Notes under the pieces: generated by a model
Seen by the model: only the letters and a program-made list of their open reading frames with translations
The model's database searches: none
Told to the model about the DNA's origin: nothing
In this document: positions 59,209-64,000 of the stretch, piece by piece
How positions within the stretch are numbered: the first letter of the stretch is position 1
Layout: the number at the start of each line of letters is the position of its first letter
Source of the DNA: Candidatus Thorarchaeota archaeon
GTDB lineage: Archaea > Asgardarchaeota > Thorarchaeia > Thorarchaeales > Thorarchaeaceae
Assembly (NCBI GenBank): GCA_018335335.1
Contig: JAGXKG010000002.1
Location: forward strand, 87,239-151,238
Direction: 5' to 3'
Length of the DNA stretch: 64,000 bases
Position numbers and translations under genes: made by a program

Positions 59209-59904
59209 ATGGTACTAGGAAAACTTCGAGAACAGTATAAGCGAGCTATGGCACCAATAGGGAGGGCTCTTGCAAGAACTGGTATCACACCAAACATGAT
59301 CACTGGTCTGACTGTTCTTGTGGCCCTGATTAGTACTTATTTCTTCTATCTGGGATCACTGCTCATTGGTTTGGCAATAATGCTCTTCGCGGTCGTGCTT
59401 GACATGTTTGATGGTGCCGTTGCCAGGGCCGCGGATTTGGCAACTCCATTTGGAGCTACCTTTGATCATACCTTAGATAGATATGCAGAGTTTCTTTTCA
59501 TTCTGGGGCTCATATTTGGTCCGGTGGGTTCGACAGACAAGTACGTACCTTGGTTCTGGGGATTTTTCACATTATTCGGTATGATAATGGCAAGCTTCTC
59601 CCGTGCAAAAGCTGAATCCGTTGGTGGCATGGACAATTGTGCTGTAGGTCTTGCAGAACGACAAGAGAAGCTCATCCTAGTAATGGTTGGAATACTCCTG
59701 TTAGCTATACCTGAAACCAATCTCTGGGTGCAACTTCTGGCGCTTTTCCCTTCTTCCATTGCTGATTTCATAGTCTTAACGCTAGATATTCCGAACATCT
59801 TGGCATTATTCGTTGTCATAGCTGGGATTCTCTCTCATATTACTGTCGGACAAAGACTGAGCTATGCAAAGAAACAGATCGAAGCACGCATCGCGACTTC
59901 GTAG
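59209..59904 (+). CDS. CDP-alcohol phosphatidyltransferase family protein (archaetidyl-serine/inositol-phosphate synthase-like)
   Basis: DMFDGAVARAADLATPFGATFDHTLDRYAE matches D(x)2DG(x)2AR(x)8G(x)3D(x)3D. Confidence 0.75.
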   Translation: MVLGKLREQYKRAMAPIGRALARTGITPNMITGLTVLVALISTYFFYLGSLLIGLAIMLFAVVLDMFDGAVARAADLATPFGATFDHTLDRYAEFLFILGLIFGPVGSTDKYVPWFWGFFTLFGMIMASFSRAKAESVGGMDNCAVGLAERQEKLILVMVGILLLAIPETNLWVQLLALFPSSIADFIVLTLDIPNILALFVVIAGILSHITVGQRLSYAKKQIEARIATS

Positions 59905-59979
59905 ACCTGAATTTGGTGGATTACACAGGGTGTAGATAGATTGTGAACCGTTTCACTTGATAGAACGTGTGTATGCAGA

Positions 59980-60324
59980 CTACTCTTCATCTAAAGATGT
60001 CATATCAAAAACAGTCTCAAGAGTCATTTGAAAGAATCTCTTAGCTTCTTTCATGGCCTGACTACCTCTGTTGGTAATCCCGTAGTATTTCCTCGTGCTT
60101 TCGTTTCCTTCTTGCTCCTCGATTAATCCATCTCTTTTGAGCCGGTAGATAATCGCGTATCCACTTACGGTAGCGGGCGAGAATCCGAACCTCTCCGTTA
60201 CGAGCTCCTTTATCTCATATCCGTAATGTGGTCTTTCTTGCAACAGACGAAGTATATAGATCCAGAGCATTCCTTTCGTATTGGAGTCCACGAGCCTATC
60301 AATTGCTTTTGGTGGATTTTTCAT
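59980..60324 (-). CDS. PadR-family transcriptional regulator
   Basis: LWIYILRLLQERPHYGYEIKELV...ATVSGYAIIYRLKRDGLIE. An internal ATG gives a 115-aa protein and removes the overlap with the next gene. Confidence 0.75.
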   Translation of the reverse strand: MKNPPKAIDRLVDSNTKGMLWIYILRLLQERPHYGYEIKELVTERFGFSPATVSGYAIIYRLKRDGLIEEQEGNESTRKYYGITNRGSQAMKEAKRFFQMTLETVFDMTSLDEE

Positions 60325-60340
60325 TTCTACAAGGTCTTCG

Positions 60341-60931
60341 TCAGACACTGTTCTTCCTCCTTTCTGCTTCTGCGATAACAGTAGCAATACAATGACTACC
60401 CAGATACGGTAGCGGCCCGATTGAAAGGTCGGGAATACCACACTCTCTTACTCTTTTGAGACAGTGTGAGTCAAAACCTTTGTGGTCACCTAAGATGAAG
60501 CTGTTCTGCGAAGCGGGATTCCAGGTTTTGATGCTGTTCTCACTGTTTTCATGCAAAAGCCATACACTTGTTGGCAAATCATTGACCAACTGTTGCAAAT
60601 TCTGTTCAAAGTCCAAATCATCAATGGAGATGTATTCTGGAGGAGTACCCTTCAGACCTTCTCTGATGTCTCTTGCCCAATCAGTTTCTCCCATATCTTC
60701 TGCTTTCTCGGGCCTATGAAATCGCAAAGTGAGCTTATCTGAAAGAACTGCACGAAATTCTATTTCGTTGGACGGGATTATTGTTGGTGCCCAACCGAAA
60801 CAAGCAGAAAGACACCTACAGAGCACATCTATTCTATTGCCTGAACCCGGAAGGTCCCGAAGCAGGAAATCTTCGTTGGTCGGTATGTGTGGAAAATCTA
60901 GGAGAAACCTGAGGAAAACAGCATTCGACAT
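60341..60931 (-). CDS. SPOUT-class methyltransferase, possibly tRNA (pseudouridine54-N1)-methyltransferase TrmY-like
   Basis: ILGDHKGF and SIGPLPYLGSHCIATV motifs resemble the DUF358/TrmY family. Confidence 0.45.
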   Translation of the reverse strand: MSNAVFLRFLLDFPHIPTNEDFLLRDLPGSGNRIDVLCRCLSACFGWAPTIIPSNEIEFRAVLSDKLTLRFHRPEKAEDMGETDWARDIREGLKGTPPEYISIDDLDFEQNLQQLVNDLPTSVWLLHENSENSIKTWNPASQNSFILGDHKGFDSHCLKRVRECGIPDLSIGPLPYLGSHCIATVIAEAERRKNSV

Positions 60932-61008
60932 ACGGCATACCCACTGTCAATCGGGGCATTATATGTTTAAAGCTGGTTCAGACGCAAATAGCATTGTGGA
61001 TTTGAAAT

Positions 61009-61305
61009 CTATCGCCTGTGGTATCTATCGTTCAGATCTCTTCGATCTTCTTCAGAGCGAATATTCACCTTGCCATAATGGACAGCACAACTAATGCAAT
61101 AATGTTCGGTTCTTCTGCTTGTCCGTATGTATGCTCCCTGTTTTCGCAGCTCACGAGCGAGCTGAGGATCTACAGGAGATACCGTTCTTGTATACTTCTT
61201 CGCTTTATCAGCAGGAACAACTGCTCCACACTTAGAACATTGAACTGTTCCTGTTCTGCCCGACTTGTTCTTACTTCTTCCGCCGGATCGTCTTTTCTTT
61301 GCCAC
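61009..61305 (-). CDS. rps26e: Ribosomal protein eS26
   Basis: MAKKRRSGGRSKNKSGR...VQCSKCGA...HYCISCAVH matches the eS26 zinc-binding pattern. Confidence 0.8.
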   Translation of the reverse strand: MAKKRRSGGRSKNKSGRTGTVQCSKCGAVVPADKAKKYTRTVSPVDPQLARELRKQGAYIRTSRRTEHYCISCAVHYGKVNIRSEEDRRDLNDRYHRR

Positions 61306-61393
61306 TATTACGTTCCTCTGTTAAGTTGTTCTGCGGACGACCTCTTAAAATCTTTGACGTTCAGCTAAGATGGTGTGATCTTCCAGAAGCTAG

Positions 61394-62476
61394 CTACGCG
61401 TGTAATTCGACTGTTTCCTGAACAACATCTATGATGTCTCTGTTTCGTTTGATTACGTCATGATCTACTGTCCTTTCTATCTGGTCTCTGAAAACCGGCA
61501 TCCTTTCCCCCTTAAGGCCGCGCAAACTTGCCTCGACGCAAAGTCCAAGTACAAGGGGGTTATAACCGCCCTCTAAGACCCAGAGAGAGCCCATTGCACC
61601 TGTTGATTCAGTAAGATAATCTACCTTCTCTCCGAAGCGCCAAAAAGTGCTTGAATCCACATTCATGTTGCCCACAGGATCTGCATAGTGTGGATCGTAA
61701 CCTGCCGAGATTGCGATTAGTGACGGTTCGAATCTCTCAATAGCTGGTATGATGATTCTTTCAATTGCCTCTTCATATGAAGCATCGGGGGATCCATCAA
61801 CGAGCGGGATGTTGACATTTGTTCCGACGGCTTCACCATGTCCTACCTCGTTGTAGTGACCAGTACCGCACATATCATAATCATATTCATGCAAAGAGAT
61901 GTACTGTACCTTGTCTTCGGAATAGAATATCTCAGAGGTTCCATTGCCGTGGTGATTATCGAAATCAAGTATAGAAACCCGTTCTATCTCTGGATTTCGC
62001 AATGCCTGCTTGATTGCAATAGCTGCATTGTTGAAGAAACAGAGCCCCATCGGTGATGACGTTGAAGCATGGTGACCTGGTGGCCTTATGAGCCCAAATG
62101 CATGAGTTGTTCTCTCCTCAGTTACCATTTTCATTGCTCCAATAGCCCCTCCTACTGCACCAAGAGCACTTTTTAGTAGCCCTGGACTGGCGTATGCTGA
62201 TTCTCCCAGTACACCGCTGCCGAGATCACTCATGATTGCAACGCTGTCCAGCACATAAGGTGTATGAACATCAAGCACATCCTTCGGTGACGCCCGAGGC
62301 ACTTCGATAATTTCTGAACCATTTACGAATTTGCTGTTGAGCAAATGGTTCTCGATAACATCTATCCTAAGTGGTGTTTCGAACGCCTCCAAGTGTGGCT
62401 TTGGGAATGGGGCTTGATGAAGGTCGATGTCTCTATTTGTTACAATCCTCACATTTTCTTTGGCCAATGCTATCAC
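61394..62476 (-). CDS. Histone deacetylase/acetoin-utilization (HDAC) family protein
   Basis: ILDFDNHHGNGT and the conserved HHA..G...GFC catalytic region. Confidence 0.8.
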   Translation of the reverse strand: MIALAKENVRIVTNRDIDLHQAPFPKPHLEAFETPLRIDVIENHLLNSKFVNGSEIIEVPRASPKDVLDVHTPYVLDSVAIMSDLGSGVLGESAYASPGLLKSALGAVGGAIGAMKMVTEERTTHAFGLIRPPGHHASTSSPMGLCFFNNAAIAIKQALRNPEIERVSILDFDNHHGNGTSEIFYSEDKVQYISLHEYDYDMCGTGHYNEVGHGEAVGTNVNIPLVDGSPDASYEEAIERIIIPAIERFEPSLIAISAGYDPHYADPVGNMNVDSSTFWRFGEKVDYLTESTGAMGSLWVLEGGYNPLVLGLCVEASLRGLKGERMPVFRDQIERTVDHDVIKRNRDIIDVVQETVELHA

Positions 62477-63951
62477 CGCTTTTCAACTGGGAAGTCCTCT
62501 ACTTGCATGACATAACGATAGAGCGTATTCAAAACTCTATCTGACACAGTGGATTTCTGCACCCGTTCGAGCCCATCTATGCTCTCCTCTTTTATCAAGT
62601 GCTCTAAGAACGCATCTGCAGACTTGAATTCTCTCTTTTCTTTGGACCACAGATACCCCTGCTGTTCAAAGACATTGGAATTCGCTTTGGAAAACTCCCT
62701 ACAAGCTTCTTCCATATCTACTGGTGGCCCTTTTCGGTCATATTCGGATGAAATACTGTCTCTTTCAACCAAGAAACCAATGGCGTAACGATTCTTCTCG
62801 AAATACAACTCTCCTATTGTCTTTCCGAACCGTTTTTCACCTGTTCTTTCGTTTTCCATCCGGATGACGATTTTGCTCGTAACCTTGTACAACTTATCTC
62901 TTAGAATTGTGTAGTGTACCGTCTGTTTGGACTGAAACTCGACAGCAAGAGAGTGTGGCTTGAGCCAATCTGGCAATGGTTCTATAGGGATTTTTTCTTC
63001 AAGTAGAAATTGTATCAACCTGTTCTCTTCGATTTCTTCTGCAGCCTTGGTCAACTCTTTACAGCGCAGCTTCAGCCACTTGTAGCCTCTGGAATCAAAA
63101 CTTGATGCTACATTTCTGTTGAAATCGGTTGGGTCAATGATGAAAATGTAGTCATCATGGAATTCCTGTTTTCCCCTCAGTTCATGGAGGGATCTATTTG
63201 CCGGGTCGACGGGATTCTTCTCCAGAATTCTTATTCGTTCTACTGCTCCTTCGAAATCACCAAACTCCGTGACCAGGAGCTCAAGGGCATAACCTGTGAA
63301 CCCCATTCTTCCAACTGCACATTTGTCTCCGTAGACATGTGCAGCCCTAACAAATGACTTGAGTATCCGAATATCTGAACGCATGTCTCCCTTCAAATGC
63401 TGGAGGATATAGTCGGTATGATGAAGTGTTCTGTCTACTGCTGTTATTGGCCCTTCTGAGGCAATCTCCTCTTTTGATAATCTGAAACAAGAAACAACAT
63501 CAATCTCTTGTCCCTGCAACTGGAGCGAAAGATAAGGATGATCTGAGTAAGTCTTTTGAATTTTAGTTGGTTCAAGTTTCTCTAATGCTGGATAAAACCA
63601 GTTGTCAACAAATCCATCTAATAATTGGGAAATTTGTCTGTCTCGTTTATCTTGGGGCATAGAGATAATCCGGCGGTAATCGTCCGGATTCAGAATCACG
63701 AATAAATCAATATCTGAAGAGCCTCTAAGTTGTGTCTGTTTCTTCCCCGTGGAGCCATGGGCTTCTATTGATTCATAGTCTATTCCTAGTCTCTTGCTAT
63801 ACCTTCTCAGTTGTGTAGATAGTTTCGCTATCATCTCTTCCTGATTACGTATTTCTTCGTCTGTGGGTGTTATTTCCTTCAGAACTTTTTCTCTAACAGA
63901 TTCGTTCAGTAGATTACCCACTATTGCGACCCGAGAAAACAAGATAGCCAA
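62473..63951 (-). CDS. cca: Archaeal class I CCA-adding tRNA nucleotidyltransferase
   Basis: GSTGKKQTQLRGSSDIDLFVIL (GS...SDID) nucleotidyltransferase motif; archaeal Cca-like length and tail. Confidence 0.7.
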   Translation of the reverse strand: MAILFSRVAIVGNLLNESVREKVLKEITPTDEEIRNQEEMIAKLSTQLRRYSKRLGIDYESIEAHGSTGKKQTQLRGSSDIDLFVILNPDDYRRIISMPQDKRDRQISQLLDGFVDNWFYPALEKLEPTKIQKTYSDHPYLSLQLQGQEIDVVSCFRLSKEEIASEGPITAVDRTLHHTDYILQHLKGDMRSDIRILKSFVRAAHVYGDKCAVGRMGFTGYALELLVTEFGDFEGAVERIRILEKNPVDPANRSLHELRGKQEFHDDYIFIIDPTDFNRNVASSFDSRGYKWLKLRCKELTKAAEEIEENRLIQFLLEEKIPIEPLPDWLKPHSLAVEFQSKQTVHYTILRDKLYKVTSKIVIRMENERTGEKRFGKTIGELYFEKNRYAIGFLVERDSISSEYDRKGPPVDMEEACREFSKANSNVFEQQGYLWSKEKREFKSADAFLEHLIKEESIDGLERVQKSTVSDRVLNTLYRYVMQVEDFPVEKR

Positions 63952-64000
63952 ACCGCTTTGAATCTTGGCTTTGTGTTATAGCACATTGCTTAACGAATAT

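Noticed and set aside
1-64000. Search for rRNA genes, CRISPR arrays or additional tRNAs
   Set aside because: No rRNA-like conserved blocks and no direct-repeat arrays were seen. Only two T-arm/acceptor-consistent tRNA candidates (His, Leu) were found.

Overview
This window is an archaeal chromosomal segment of roughly 45% GC carrying eukaryote-like ESCRT genes, most consistent with an Asgard-type archaeon (inference from gene content; no database search was possible). It opens with an ESCRT cluster: a C-terminal winged-helix fragment that looks like Vps22/36 (EAP30), then Vps25, an MIT-domain AAA ATPase Vps4, an ESCRT-III (Snf7/CHMP) protein, and a large protein with zinc ribbons, a coiled coil and a PH/GRAM-like domain. 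Housekeeping genes follow: TldD/TldE, ArgRS, TFB, a THUMP methyltransferase, endonuclease IV, DGGGP synthase, a Yip1-domain membrane protein, HypB, MfnA and an aminotransferase. Next comes a nickel/cobalt locus (nikR-cbiMNQO) with 9-mer repeats in its promoter, then ABC transporters, aIF5A, NAD kinase, Nob1, a TPR protein, a PAC2 chaperone, glutamine synthetase, and small eukaryote-type ribosomal proteins eL13 and eS26. Two paralogous modules each pair a Roadblock/LC7-domain protein with one or two V4R (Bet3/TRAPP-fold) proteins; a degraded GC-rich IS200/IS605 TnpB element lies between them. The remainder holds class I LysRS, lipid synthesis genes, a histone-deacetylase-family protein and a CCA-adding enzyme. 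Two tRNA genes, tRNA-His(GUG) and tRNA-Leu(CAG), each carry an extra 25-30 nt at a non-anticodon-loop position, which suggests non-canonical introns. No CRISPR array or rRNA was seen. All functional calls rest on motif recognition in the supplied translations and the sequence itself.
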